Origin: Octopus vulgaris
Lineage: Eukaryota
Assembly: GCA_951406725.2 (NCBI GenBank)
Contig: OX597816.1
Span: 164,796,001 to 164,860,000, forward strand
Length of the DNA: 64,000 nucleotides
Reading direction: 5' to 3'
The translations under genes were made by a program, and so were the position numbers. The notes under the pieces were generated by a model, which was given only the letters and a program-made list of their open reading frames with translations, did no database searches and was not told where the DNA came from. Below, one piece after another: positions 1-13,767 of this stretch (positions are counted from its first letter, which is position 1; each line of letters begins with the position of its first letter).

Positions 1-179
1 TATATACATACATACATACATACATACATACATACATACATACATACATACATACATACATACATACATACATACATACATACATACGTATGTACATACA
101 TACAGGCATGTATGTATGCATATTTATATATATACACACATATATATATATACATACATACATATATATATGTGTGAGT

Positions 180-243
<64 letters not shown>

Positions 244-477
244 ATATACGCATGTAGGAAGTCGAAAGTAATCGTAGACGTAAAATAAATGCGTTAATTT
301 TTCTTTATTACTTGATTTATTTATTCATTCATTCGGAAACAAAATGAAAAACTCCATAATAGATAGATGGAACCTAGTTAGCAGACTGTCTGACAAAAGA
401 GCAATAAAATTGTGCACAAAACAGCGACAAAAATAACTCTTAAGATTACAAAGGAAAAAAAAAACGAAATGAAATAA

Positions 478-533
<56 letters not shown>

Positions 534-929
534 AATTGCTTATTGGTTTATTGCGAAAATTGTTTCAGGTTGCGTCTGCAAAATTCTTGAAGATTTTCCA
601 GAAGTAAATGAGAACACAAGTTCAGCATCTCAAAGATCACTGTATTATCAGCACCAATAAATCCAGATCTGTTTTGTATATAACTTATGAAATATTCTAG
701 GGAATATAGGCGAATCTGTGGAGTCGTGTAGCTTAGTGGTTAGGGCGTAAGACTCATGATCGTAAGATTGTGGTTTCGATTCCTGGACCGGGCGACGTGT
801 TGTGTTCTCGAGCAAAATACTTCATTTCACGTTGCTCCAGTCCACTCAGCTGGCAAAAATGAGATAATTCTGCGATGGAACGGCGTCCCGTCCAGGAGGA
901 GAATATATACCAAAACATACTAATTGGAC

Positions 930-1115
930 ATTCGAAAAATATGAATGAATATACTACACAATATACAATACTAATAACGGAGTAACCAAACCCCACATAA
1001 ATGAATTCAAACAAAAATCACTTATATACAAACACAACACCCTGAACCAAAAATAACGCACACAACTATCAAAACATACACAGAACGTTACAAAAACAAC
1101 AACCCAACCATGACC
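930..1115 (+). pseudogene. Possible Penelope GIY-YIG remnant
   Basis: Eroded peptides EFKQKSLIYKHNT and TQLSKHT in A/C-rich sequence. Confidence 0.35.
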
Positions 1116-1712
1116 GATTTTAAGACCAAGCCCCAACCTAGCTTGAGTTCAGATTCTAGGACCTATAAACACAGCCCTACCTTCTAGGGAACACTAACAA
1201 AAGCTTACTTCAACCAATTCTCTTCGAGGAAGAACTTCATGTTCCCTATTCAAATGTCGCCGGTTGGTCTTTGCCTTATATTCCTTCGGTGTCAGTAAAA
1301 GTGATGGCGCGTGGCTTAGTGGTTAGGGTCTTCGGCTTCTGGTCATACGTTCGGTTCCTGGCGGCACCTTGTGTCCGTGAGCAAGACATTTTATTCTATG
1401 TTGCCCCAGTCCACTCAGCTGGCAAACATTCATGATGTATCTGTAAATCAAAGGGCCAGCCTTGTCACATTGTGTATCACGCTGAATCTTCCCGAGAACT
1501 ACGTTAAGGGCACACGTGTCTGTGGAGTGCTCAGTCACGTGCACATTAATTTCACGAGCAGGTTGTTCTGATCGGATCAACTGGAACACTCGTCGTCGTA
1601 ACCGACAGAGTACCAGTCGATAAAATAAGTACCAGCCATGAACTGGGGATCGATGTAATCGACTAATTCTCTCCCACAAAATTGAAAAGAATATTCCTGC
1701 GCTATTGGTTTT

Positions 1713-2424
<712 letters not shown>

Positions 2425-3081
2425 CTATATATTTCAATGGTTTGATTAATTTTTTTTTTTTTTTTGGGGGCATCGAAGTACTTCAGTACAAAAATCTCTA
2501 TTAACTAACCTTATAGTACTTGACCAACCTTTGGCAGTTTACATTTTATTCTGACAATGAAAACATGAATAATTGTTGTATTTTTGAGAACTTCAATAAA
2601 AATCAATTCAAAAGCTTCGTTACAAAGTCACAAAACGCTAGGAAGACGCACGTTCTTAATTACATTATAACTAGCAAAGATGGCGAACTGCCAGAATCAC
2701 TAGCACAGCGGGCAAAATGCCTAGTGGTGTTTCATCCGTCTTTACATTCTAAGTTCAAATGCCCCTGGGGTCGACTTTGCTCCCTTTCTTTTTTTAGGTG
2801 CCAGTTGAGCGTTGGGGTTGATGTGATCAACTTGCTCCTCCACTGAAATTGCTAGCCCTGTGCCAAAATTTGAAACCTGTTATTACTAGCATACGTGTGT
2901 CCTAAAAAATGCTAATGATAGAAAATGGAGCATCAAAACTATGGGAGAAACCAACAATAAATGTCAGCAATCGAGTAAATATATTTACATGCAAAGAATT
3001 GAGGAACTTGAACAATCAGTTGTTCTTGTAAGGATTCGGTTGAAGATATCATTACCCACATAATGTGTGTATGTGTGTGAG

Positions 3082-3118
<37 letters not shown>

Positions 3119-3458
3119 AGTCAAAAGATACCTGTTATTATTTTTATTGTAATTGTGTGGCATTGTCCGTTTTTCTGTCCTTGTTTTTGTATACATTCAC
3201 TGCTTTCTTCCAAGGAATCTAATGCCCTTAGCTTAATTTTTCCTCGGGGCTAGCCAGATTGAAGCAATCTCAAGTATAATCAGCTGAAATTGCGAAGATA
3301 ATCTGGTACTTAACTGAGAAAAGAAAACGTCGAATGGGCAGTCCTTGTTTTCTTTGTATCGTCTATCTGGATGTTTTGTTGTGCCTTTTTTTTCACCTAA
3401 TTGTCCGGATGTTTTGCGTTCTTGTCGCATTTTGTATTATACATACATACATACATAC

Positions 3459-3532
<74 letters not shown>

Positions 3533-3698
3533 CAGCAAAAAAAAAAACACAAAAAAACAATTAAGATTCAAATGAATTCAAATGAATATGGTACTTAACT
3601 TAGATGCACCAGGATTCTTTGCAGCTTGAAATTAAATGATTTTAGTATGAAACAATTGTAATAATCTACCGATCCCTTCTTGTTGCTTTTTTCTTGGT

Positions 3699-3727
<29 letters not shown>

Positions 3728-3729
<2 letters not shown>

Positions 3730-3968
3730 ATAAGATCGTTATTTAAAATACCTATCATATCAAGTGGCTAGCATGAGAATAAAAACCTTATAGGTAATAA
3801 TTATTAGTAAATTATAATTAAGGGTATCTAAAAGATAGCACCATGCTAGGTATAACAGCCAAAACTTGACTCTAAAACCCCAAATTTATTTGGTTTTAGA
3901 GTCAAGTTTTGGCTGCTATATCTAGCATGGTGATATCTTTTAGATACCCTTAATTATAATTTTTAATA

Positions 3969-3970
<2 letters not shown>
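3728..3970. mobile_element. TA-flanked fold-back element (arms 3800-3879 / 3892-3970)
   Basis: ~80-bp near-perfect inverted repeat; paralogue at 28541-28790. Confidence 0.8.
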
Positions 3971-4018
<48 letters not shown>

Positions 4019-4033
4019 ATGTATATACATATA

Positions 4034-4070
<37 letters not shown>

Positions 4071-4083
4071 ATATATATATATG

Positions 4084-4114
<31 letters not shown>

Positions 4115-4132
4115 GTTTTTTTTTTTTTTTTT

Positions 4133-4206
<74 letters not shown>

Positions 4207-4491
4207 AATACAAAATGGGACAAGAACGCCAAACATCCGGAAAACTAGGTGATACAAAAAGGGACAACAAAACATCCAGATAGACGATACAAAAAAAAAC
4301 ACAAGGATGGGTCAGTCGAAGCTTTCTATCCTCAGTTACTAGATTCCTTGGAAGAAAGCATCGAATGTATACGGAAACAAGGACGGAAAAACAGACGATG
4401 TTACACGAATATAAATACAAATTACAATAATAATAATAATAATAATGTCTTGGTATAAAAGATGGGCTATAGCAAATATTCTGCTCAATTA

Positions 4492-5045
4492 TGCCCTGAT
4501 GCAGTACCAGGCAGCGGCTCTCGTGGCTTCTGATCTTAACTGATTGGAAGTGTTATCATGTACATTGTTTTGTCTTGGTATAAAAGATGGGTTACAGCAA
4601 ATATTCTGCTCAATACCGCAGATTTGCTTGTCTGTTGTTTGACCGTAACCAGTTGAGCATGTCCCTTAGTGGCTGACGATATGTGCATCTCTGATCACGA
4701 GTAGAAGTTGTGGGGGAGAATCATAGCCATGTGTTGAGAGGGATTCTTTGGGGCTTGAATAATTCACCTCTGGAAACATGGGTGTTTCATTCAACATCCT
4801 TAAATAACCCTTAATTAGGGACCTTTTGAGTGGGATGGGTTACCCAACCAGAAGAAAGTTCTAACTGGGCCCCACCCGCAAGGTCATGCGCTGTTTACCT
4901 TGTTATGAGATCACCAGGTCGCGCACATATGGTTGTGATGCATGTGCCTAGTGTACCCTTATCAGACGGGTAGTCATGATGGGTATACTGGGCTTCGTAT
5001 ATTTGTACCCGTGTCACTTTGATGGCATGCACTGCTCTCTCACTC
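4492..5045 (+). mobile_element. ~555-bp non-coding element inserted in (TAA)n, copy 1
   Basis: Highly similar to 15035-15589 over its full length. No tRNA head and no ORF are visible; it is preceded by a duplicate of its internal segment (4446-4489). Confidence 0.85.
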
Positions 5046-5108
<63 letters not shown>

Positions 5109-5590
5109 CAGAAAACGAGAAAGCAACCATACTCTGGGATATGCCGATACACACAGATAGAGAAATTAAGGCCAACAGACCAGATATAGTTGTCAGAGAC
5201 CATGAAGAAAATGCTTTCTAATTGATGTATCAGTACCGGCAGATGACAACGTGTCTCTAAAAGAAATGGAGAAACTCTCAAAATACAAAGACCTGGAAAT
5301 AGAGGTAACTAGAATGTGGAATCTGAAAACAGAAACAATTCCTATCATAGTAGGTGCATTTGGCATGATAAAAAAATATTCAGACAAATACATAACAAAA
5401 ACACCAGGACGTACAAACACATATAACATACAGAAAATTGCACTACTAGGCACTGCACACATCCTACGCAGAACACTTTCCATACAATAACCATCAGAGC
5501 ATCACAACAAATCACAGCACATACCCAAGGCACACAGAGCTGCGCTCGGTAGTGAAGTGAAAGCACGCTATAAAAATAAAAATAAAACTA

Positions 5591-5593
<3 letters not shown>
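5109..5593 (+). mobile_element. R4/Dong-clade non-LTR retrotransposon, 5'-truncated 3' end in (TAA)n
   Basis: ILWDMPIHTDREIKANRPDIVV, frameshift, LIDVSVPADDNVSLKEMEKLSKYKDLEIEVTRMW..PIIVGAFG..IQKIALLGTAHILRRTL* (restriction-like endonuclease C-terminus). TAA tracts flank both sides. Confidence 0.9.
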
Positions 5594-5682
<89 letters not shown>

Positions 5683-5699
5683 TAATAATAATAATAATA

Positions 5700-6125
5700 A
5701 CAGGACATATCAACAGGTGTCTTTCGACTGGGGACGAACTGAATTCAGCTGGCGTGTGTGGAAAAGAAGCCTTACGGCAGAGATACAAAACTTTCACAAA
5801 CACAGAGAAGAATATCGATGTGGCAGTGACCACTGTCAGACTCAAAAAGAGGGCTAGCAGTCTGGCCTATCGGTCACGTGAGAAGAGAAGACAGACAGAA
5901 AAAGAGGAACAAAAGAATTAAGGAGGGGAAAGAGAAGAGAGAGAGTTGTAGAAGAATTAAGGAGGAGCGAAAAAATGACAGGGACACAGTGAAGTGAAAA
6001 GTGAAAAATGAAAAGTGTTCCTCTTTATCTCTCTTCTCACGTGACCGATAGGCCAGACTGCTAGCCCTTTTTTTGCGTCTGACCGTGGCCATTACCACAT
6101 CGATATTCTTCCCTGTGTTTGTGAA
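5700..6125. mobile_element. Fold-back element between (TAA)n and (TA)n (arms 5793-5888 / 6030-6125)
   Basis: ~95-bp inverted repeat; 5700-5790 is the reverse-complement homologue of 10410-10490. Confidence 0.75.
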
Positions 6126-6147
6126 TATATATATATATATATTCTTT

Positions 6148-6512
6148 TATTCTTTTACTTGCTTCAGTCATTAGACTGCGGCCATGCTGGAGCACCACCC
6201 TTAGTCGAATCAAATCTTATTCTTTGTACGCCTAGTACTAATTCTGTCGGTCTCTTTTGCCGAACCGATAAGTTACGGGGACCTAAACACACCAGCATCA
6301 GTTGTTTTGCGATGTTGGTGGGACAAACACAGATACGCAACACACACATATGTATATACATATATACGACGGGCTTCTTTCGGTTTCTGTCTACCAAATC
6401 CACTCACAAGGCCTTGGTCGGCTCGAGGCTATAGTAGAAGACAGTGTGACTGAACCCGGAACCCTGTGGTTAGTAAGCAAGCTACTTACCACACAGCCAC
6501 TCCTGCGCCTAT
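6148..6512 (-). mobile_element. Family A SINE
   Basis: Head and tail motifs as at 39605-40118. Confidence 0.88.
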
Positions 6513-6515
6513 ATA

Positions 6516-6603
<88 letters not shown>

Positions 6604-7128
6604 TACATATATAGGTTCGAAAGTTATAGTTGTTAGTCGTTCCAGTTGGGCGCTCGAAGCTGGTTAATTAATTTGGTATTTGGTTATACGTTGTGTACTC
6701 TCCCTCCATTCTTCCTGTCGTATAATGCAACAGTTAGTCAGAAGGTCAAATAAGCTCAAGGAGTGGTTGCAGGAATGAGGCAGATGTGGTTGTTTGGGAA
6801 ATTTCCAAAATAAGAAAAGCAACAATTGTAACAGTAAATTTATCTCTGAAATAATCTCAAGTTAAAAGAGAGCTAGAAACGAAAACTGATATATCATTGA
6901 GTTTCAGATAGGACTGAAAGAGAGGGAGAGAGATGGTGGAGAGGCAGTGGGAGAGACAGATAGAAGGAAACAGAAAAGCAGTAGTGTGTGATAGCGAGAG
7001 AGAGAGAGAGGGGGGGAGAAAAAAGAGAGTGGGAAGACAGAGAGAGAGAGAAAATACTTTGCAAATAACTTAAGGCTATTAAATATGAAGTCATAAAAAA
7101 ATTATTGCTCTAAAAACAAAAATATATT

Positions 7129-7211
7129 TAGCACGAGTGGGGTTCGAACCCACGCGGACATTCGTCCATTGGAACTTAAGTCCAACGCCTTAACCACTCG
7201 GCCATCGTGCT
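7129..7211 (-). tRNA. tRNA-Leu(TAA), copy 1
   Basis: Reverse complement AGCACGATGGCCGAGTGGTTAAGGCGTTGGACTTAAGTTCCAATGGACGAATGTCCGCGTGGGTTCGAACCCCACTCGTGCTA (83 nt). It has a 7-bp acceptor stem AGCACGA/TCGTGCT, anticodon stem TTGGA/TCCAA with loop CTTAAGT, long variable arm, GGTTCGAACC T-loop, and a T5 Pol III terminator just downstream (7118-7122). Confidence 0.97.
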
Positions 7212-7590
7212 TCATGCACGCAAAGCTAAACAGTAACATTTTTATTTCATATAATCATTGCGTGTGAGTTGATATGTCTGTGTCTGTGTGTATGTGCGAT
7301 GGTGAATGTGGAGGGTGTCAGTAATGTTTTTCTCTTATGTCAAGCTAGATATAAAAACAATTTAAACCGGATGATTACTCGATATTATTCTCGTAGAGAA
7401 CAAGAAAAAAACTTGAGAGTGACTTAAAAGTTTCAGCTTCATCTTCGTCAAACCATCTCCCTCTCTCCCCCCTCCTCCATACATACATACAATACATATT
7501 TATATATAAGTTGTACTGGGTTACATGCTACCACAAAGCCATATATATATACTTATTCAGGTCAGGTCGCTCTTAAGCGCTACTGGTAAC

Positions 7591-7667
<77 letters not shown>

Positions 7668-8264
7668 TTCAGGTCAGGTCGCTCTTAAGTGCTACTGGTA
7701 ACATGTAGCACAGTACAACTTGTTGCATGGTCGAGGCGTCGGCGATTAAACTGTTAACCCTATCAAGCTTGCTTGGTGATGAGGATGATTATTGGACACC
7801 CTGCAGGACGAAAAGTGAAAAGAACCTTCAAAGGGCAGAAGAACTACAGTGTAGTCAATGGCCAATTCAACAAGTACCTTGTCGCGGTGAAGTGTCTGTG
7901 TTCTCCATTGACCAGGAGAGCTATGCTGGAGGGAAAGAAATCTTCAGGCAGGTCATACCAGGCCAGACACTTCGAAGGGTAGGAGACAGACAAAACCTTA
8001 ACCATTAGAGGAGTAAACCTCAATGACAATAAATCGAAGCGCCGGCAGCAGGGCGTAGATTTAGTTATCGGCAGGACCTAACAGATCAGATTTGTGGCTT
8101 TGAACTAACAGGATGTCATGCAAAGGATCTTGAATACAAGACAATGGATGAGACCCTAATATTCCTAGTTAGATCGAAACTGCGGAACCACATGGAGCAG
8201 CGACCTGTGACCCCTACAGTATGCGCGACCGAAACCCCCGTGGGGTGTCCTGTGGGACGACCTG

Positions 8265-8296
<32 letters not shown>

Positions 8297-8657
8297 TGTA
8301 TGTATGTATGTATGTATGTATGCATGTATATCGCAGTAGAGTCTGTTCGAACGGACATCCATATTGAAGTGGCTATGAATATTGCTTTTTATATAAATTC
8401 AATTTCTAACAAATCACAGACATGAAACAGCCAATGGAGTTGAGCTTTGTGGCTCAAACTGTCTGCCAAGGCAACACAAAAGCTTCTTCCATCTATATAA
8501 TCATTTCTATAACTTCACATCTATATAACAACAAATCCTTACATTAAAGGTGACTAGCTGGTAAAATCGTTAGCTAGCTGGCATTCGTTCCGGAATTGAA
8601 CTGTACGTTCTTAGTTCAAATTCCACTGATCTAAATGAAATGAATTAAAAAATATTT

Positions 8658-9058
8658 AGTGGCTGTGTGGCTTGTTTATGTAGCTTGTTTACCAACCACA
8701 TGGTTCAGGGTTCAGTCCCACTGCGTGGCACCTTGGGCAGGTGTCTTCTACTATAACCTCGGGCCGACCAAAGCCTTGTGAGTGGATTTGTAAACGGAAA
8801 CTGAAAGAAGCCCGTCGTATATATGTATATGTGTTTATATGTATATATGTGTGTGTGTGTGTCTGTGTTTATCCCCCTAGCATTGCTTGACAACCGATGC
8901 TGGTGTGTTTATGTCCCCGTTACTTAGCGGTTGGGCAAAAGAGACCGATAGAATAAGTACTGGGCCTACAAAAGAATAAGTCCCGGGATTGAGTTGCTCG
9001 ATCAAAGGTGGTGCTCCAGCATGGCCGCAGTCAAATGACTGAAACAAGTAAAATAGTA
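8658..9058 (+). mobile_element. Family A SINE present in duplication unit 1 only
   Basis: Family motifs; absent at the equivalent position (~11250) of unit 2. Confidence 0.88.
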
Positions 9059-9095
9059 AAAGTTTTACTAAAAGAAAAAAAATACACAGTATATC

Positions 9096-9178
9096 TAGCA
9101 CGAGTGGGGTTCGAACCCACGCGGACATTCGTCCATTGGAACTTAAGTCCAACGCCTTAACCACTCGGCCATCGTGCT
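9096..9178 (-). tRNA. tRNA-Leu(TAA), copy 2
   Basis: Identical to copy 1; oligo-T terminator about 14 nt downstream on the minus strand. Confidence 0.97.
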
Positions 9179-9536
9179 TCATGTGCGCAAAGCTAATCAG
9201 TAACACTTATATTTTATATAATCATTGCGTGTGAGTTGATATGTCTGTGTCTGTGTGTATGTGCGATGGTGAGTGTGGAGGGTGTCAGTAATGTTTTTCT
9301 CTTATGTCAAGCTAGATATAAAAACAATTTAAACCGGATGATTACTCGATATTTTTCTCGTAGAGAACAACAAAAAAACTTGAGAGTGACTTAAAAGTTT
9401 CAGCTTCATCTTCGTCAAACCATCTCCCTCTCTCCCTCCACCTCCTCCATACATACATACATACATACATACATACATACATACATACATAATACATACA
9501 TACATAAATACATACATACATACATAAATACATACA

Positions 9537-9567
<31 letters not shown>

Positions 9568-9628
9568 TTATATATAAGTTGTATGGGTTTCATGGTACCA
9601 GTAGCGCTTAAGAGCGACCTGACCTGAA

Positions 9629-9667
<39 letters not shown>

Positions 9668-9701
9668 TCAGGTCAGGTCGCTCTTAAGCGCTACAGGTAA
9701 C

Positions 9702-9782
<81 letters not shown>

Positions 9783-10367
9783 GTTATTCAGGTCAGGTCG
9801 CTCTTAAGTGCTACTGGTAACATGTAGCACAGTACAACTTGTTGCATGGTCGAGGCGTCGGCGATTAAACTGTTAACCCTATCAAGCTTGCTTGGTGATG
9901 AGGATGATTATTGGACACCCTGCAAGACGATAAATGAAAGAACCTTCAAAGGGCAGAAGAACTACTGTGTAGTCAACGGCCAATTCAACAAGTACCTTGT
10001 CACGGTGAAGTGCCTGTGTTCTCCATTGACCAGGAGAGCTATGCTGGAGGGAAAGAAATCTTCAGGCAGGTCATACCAGGCCAGACACTTTGAAGGGTAG
10101 GAGACAGACAAAATCTTAACCATTAGAGGAGTAAACCTCAATGACAATAAATCAAAGCGCCGGCAGCAGGGCGTAGATTTAGTTATCGGCAGGACCTAAC
10201 AGATCAGATTTGTGGCTTTGAATTAACAGGATGTCATGCAAAGGATCTTGAATACAAGACAATGGATGAGACCCTAATATTCCTAGTTAGATGGAAACAT
10301 ACTGTGACTACTACAGTATGCGCGACCGAAACCCCCATGGAGTGTCCTGTGGGACGACCTGTATGTA

Positions 10368-10790
10368 TAGGTTAGCAGTCGTCGCGGCAAGACACATTTT
10401 TTTTCTCTCTCTGCCCTAAGGCATTTTTCTAACACGCCAGCTCAAAGTTTACTCGTCCTGTCGAAAAGACGCCTGTCTGTTATGTCCTGTTTTTGTTATT
10501 ATTATTATCATTATTGTTTTTACGTATTTTTGTATTCTTATTCGTGTAACATCGTCCGTTTTTCCGTCCTTGTTTTGTATACATTCGAGGCTTTCTTCCA
10601 AGGAATCTAATGCGCTTGGCTTGGATTTTCCTTTGGGGCTGGCCAGATCGGAGCAATCTAAAGATTAATCAGCCGAAATTGCGAGGATGATCCGGTTCTT
10701 GACTGAAGATTGAAGGCTTCGAATGTCCCGCCCGTGTTTTTTGTATCGTCTTCTAAATGTTTTGCGTTCTTGCCCCAGTTTGTATTTTTT

Positions 10791-10792
<2 letters not shown>
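10368..10792. mobile_element. Microsatellite-embedded dispersed repeat (other copies 3120-3438, 4205-4420, 41890-42230, 59135-59257)
   Basis: Shared motifs TTCCAAGGAATCTA, CAGCCGAAATTGCGAGGA and GTTTTGCGTTCTTG. It is absent from the paralogous duplication unit, where only (TATG)n occupies the site. Confidence 0.8.
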
Positions 10793-10879
<87 letters not shown>

Positions 10880-11312
10880 CGCAGTAGAGTCCGTTCGAAC
10901 GGACATCCATATTGAAGTGGCTATGAATATTGCTTTTTATATAAATTCAATTTCTAACAAATCACAGGCATGAAACAGCCAACGAAGTTGAGCTTTGTGG
11001 CTCAAACTGTCTGCCAAGGCAACACAAAAGCTTCTTCCATCTATATAATCATTTCTATAACTTCACATCTATATAATAACAAATCCTTACATTAAAGGTG
11101 ACGAGCTGGTAAAATCGTTAGCACGCTGGCATTCATTCCGGAATTGAATAGTACGTTCTTGGTTCAATTTCCACCGAAATCAGCCATGTCTCAAACAGTC
11201 TACTCTCGAAAAAGATTACCCATGTCTAATCTAAATGAAATGAAAAAATATATATATGCATAAACGTTTTACGATTCGAGAAACTAAAAGAAAAAAAATA
11301 CACTGTATATTC

Positions 11313-11395
11313 TAGCACGAGTGGGGTTCGAACCCACGCGGACACTTGTCCATTGGAACTTAAGTCCAACGCCTTAACCACTCGGCCATCGTGCT
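11313..11395 (-). tRNA. tRNA-Leu(TAA), copy 3 (isodecoder)
   Basis: Same cloverleaf, but the variable arm is GGACAAGTGTCC rather than GGACGAATGTCC; oligo-T terminator downstream. Confidence 0.96.
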
Positions 11396-12636
11396 ACTGA
11401 CATGAGTAGCTGCTTGTAAAATACTTTTATTATATGATGTTCCTTTGTTAATTTTATTCGCTTATCAAAGGTCGCTGATATCAGTTTACTCGTAAAATGT
11501 TGTTGAACAAGTCAACACAAGATAAGATCTCTGAGAACTGACGTCATATGACGCTTTACTGAAAGTTTATTTCGGATGAATTTACGATTCAAGTTAAGAA
11601 AAGTTATGAAAAGCACGAACGATTCAAGTTAAGGAAACGCATGAACGCCACAGAATCTACGTCTCTCTCTCTCACTCTCTCTCTCTCGGAATTTTTTGAA
11701 TTAATGCATAAATATGAAACACAAATTATATTGACACATTACATTATTCCTATGTTTATATGTGCAGGCGTGACTACGTGGCAAGCAGTTAGCATCCCTT
11801 CCACATGGTTCTGGGTTCAGTCCCACTGCGTGGCACCTCGGATAAGTTCTTTATAGCCATGAACCGACCAAAGCCTTGTGAGTTGATTTGCTGCACTGAA
11901 ACTGAAAGAAGCCCGTTGAATGTGTGTGTGTGTGTGTGTGTGTGTACGTGTGTGTGTATGCGTGTGGTTTTGTGTCTGTATTTGTACTCCACCACCGCTT
12001 GACAACCGGTGTTGGTGTTTAGCTGTGCCACGCTTATAAAAAAAAAGTTCTGGGGTTGATTCGTTTGACTAAAATTCTTCAAGGCTTTAAGGTAGCCGCA
12101 GTCGAATGCCTGAAACGGCACACACACACAAAAATAATAATAGATTTCCTCTTCTACTCTAGACACAAAGCCTGATCACATCGACCCCAGTACGTAACTG
12201 GTACTTAATTTATCGATGAAAGGCAAAGTCGACCTCGGCGGAATTTGAACTCAGAACGTAAAGACAGACGACAGCACTTCGCTCAGCGTGCTAACGTTTC
12301 TTACTTCATTATTGCCCACAAGGGGCTAAACATAAAGGGGACAAACAAGGACAGACAAACGGATTAAGTCGATTACATCGACCCCAGTTCGTAACTGGTA
12401 CTTAATTTATCGACCCCGAAAGGATGAAAGGCAAAGTCGACCTCGGCGGAATTTGAACTCAGAGCGTAACGGTAGACGAAATACCGCTAAGCATCTCGCC
12501 CTGCGTGCTAACATTTCTGCGAGATCACCGCTTTAAACGATAATACCTATTCTTTCATATACAATGTTGCTATTCAGACCCATGTCAGTGCTATGCAGCG
12601 GTCAATATAAAATGTGTGTATGTGGGGGGGGGTCTG

Positions 12637-12714
<78 letters not shown>

Positions 12715-12804
12715 CGTGTTTTGTGTATGTAAAACGCCTTGTGAAAACGTATTTGTATATTTCTACTTTCGAGAAAAAGGGTCACACATATGGTAGGTAC
12801 CACA

Positions 12805-13170
12805 GTCATAATAAAGGGCCGAATTTCAAGCTTGATAACAAGATATACGCTCAAGAGGAAGGTGCAACCATTGGTGTCAGTTTCGCTTGCGATGTGGTTA
12901 ATCTATTTATGGTACAGTGGGACAAGAGTCTCAAAGAAAGCTTAGCATAACCCTAACCATGTACTCTCGCTATGTGTATGATATCAACATAGTGGCCAAG
13001 GCACGCCCACAAGACAATGTCTATCAACTAGAAGCTAGCACTATGGAGAGCATCGAACAAATAGCTAACTCCATCCACCAGAGTAATAAAGTAACCGTAG
13101 ATTACCTTAGCAAGCACCCTAACTAAAGGCTACCGGCCTTACGGAACTCTGGCTGAAAAGCAAGAATAAT
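12805..13170 (+). pseudogene. Penelope-like reverse transcriptase fragment
   Basis: FKLDNKIYAQEEGATIGVSFACDVVNLFMVQWD, frameshift, MYSRYVYDINIV..TMESIEQIANSIHQSNKVTVDY. These match PLE-type RT motifs (YxQxxGxxIG..NLFM; RYVDD decayed to RYVYD). Confidence 0.8.
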
Positions 13171-13378
13171 AAGGTCCATATGATGTTGCATGTCTTTTAA
13201 TGTTATTGTATGTGAGCCCTCGTGGCTAATAAAAGAATTAATTAATAATCGTGTCCGTTACGTCATTCGTAAAGATTTTGTAACGGTATATCGCGAATAA
13301 GGAGTTTTACCTACTGTCTATTAGACTAATAACTGGGCTACTTTCTCCGTAAAATATGCGGAACAGAATATCCTAGAT

Positions 13379-13767
13379 GGGATGGAAGCACTCCGTCGGT
13401 TACGACGACGAGGGTTCCGGTTGATCCGAATCAACGGAACAGCCTGCTCGTGAAATTAACGTGTAAGTGGCTGAGCACTCCACAGACACGTGTACCCTTA
13501 ACGTAGTTCTCGGGGATATTCAGCGTGACACAGAGAGTGACAAGGCCGGCCCTTTGAAATACAGGTACAACAGAAACAGGAAGTAAGAGTGAGAGAAAGT
13601 TGTGGTGAAAGAGTACAGTAGAGATCACCACCATCCCCTGCCGGAGCCTCGTGGTGCTTTAGGTATTTTCGCTCAATAAATACTCACAACGCCCGGTCTG
13701 GGAATCGAAACCGCGATCCTATGACCGCGAGTCCGCTGCCCTAACCAATGGGCCATTGCGCCTCCAC
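13379..13767 (-). mobile_element. Full-length tRNA(Arg)-like SINE (family C; probably an octopus OR-type) with 11-bp TSD
   Basis: A box TGGCCCA.TGG and B box GGTTTCGATTCC. TSD ATATCCTAGAT at 13368-13378 and 13768-13778. Confidence 0.9.

Larger units (their letters stand above)
7129..11312. repeat. Tandem ~2-kb duplication (7129-9095 vs 9096-11312), each unit carrying a tRNA-Leu gene
   Basis: Colinear near-identical blocks: 7212-7480/9179-9450, 7665-8265/9784-10362, 8328-8625/10876-11175. The units differ by independent insertions. Confidence 0.93.

Noticed and set aside
3649-3666. Hammerhead 3' halves: GAAACAATTGTA here, GAAACCGGTC at ~42945-42954 (-), GAAACATACGTA at ~30447-30458 (-)
   Set aside because: No CUGANGA with a matching stem I was found upstream. 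They may be truncated relics and are not callable.
7727-8008. Duplicated 93-aa ORF as a host gene
   Set aside because: The paralogous copy is frameshifted, no domain or splice structure is recognisable, and it is more likely a decayed mobile element.
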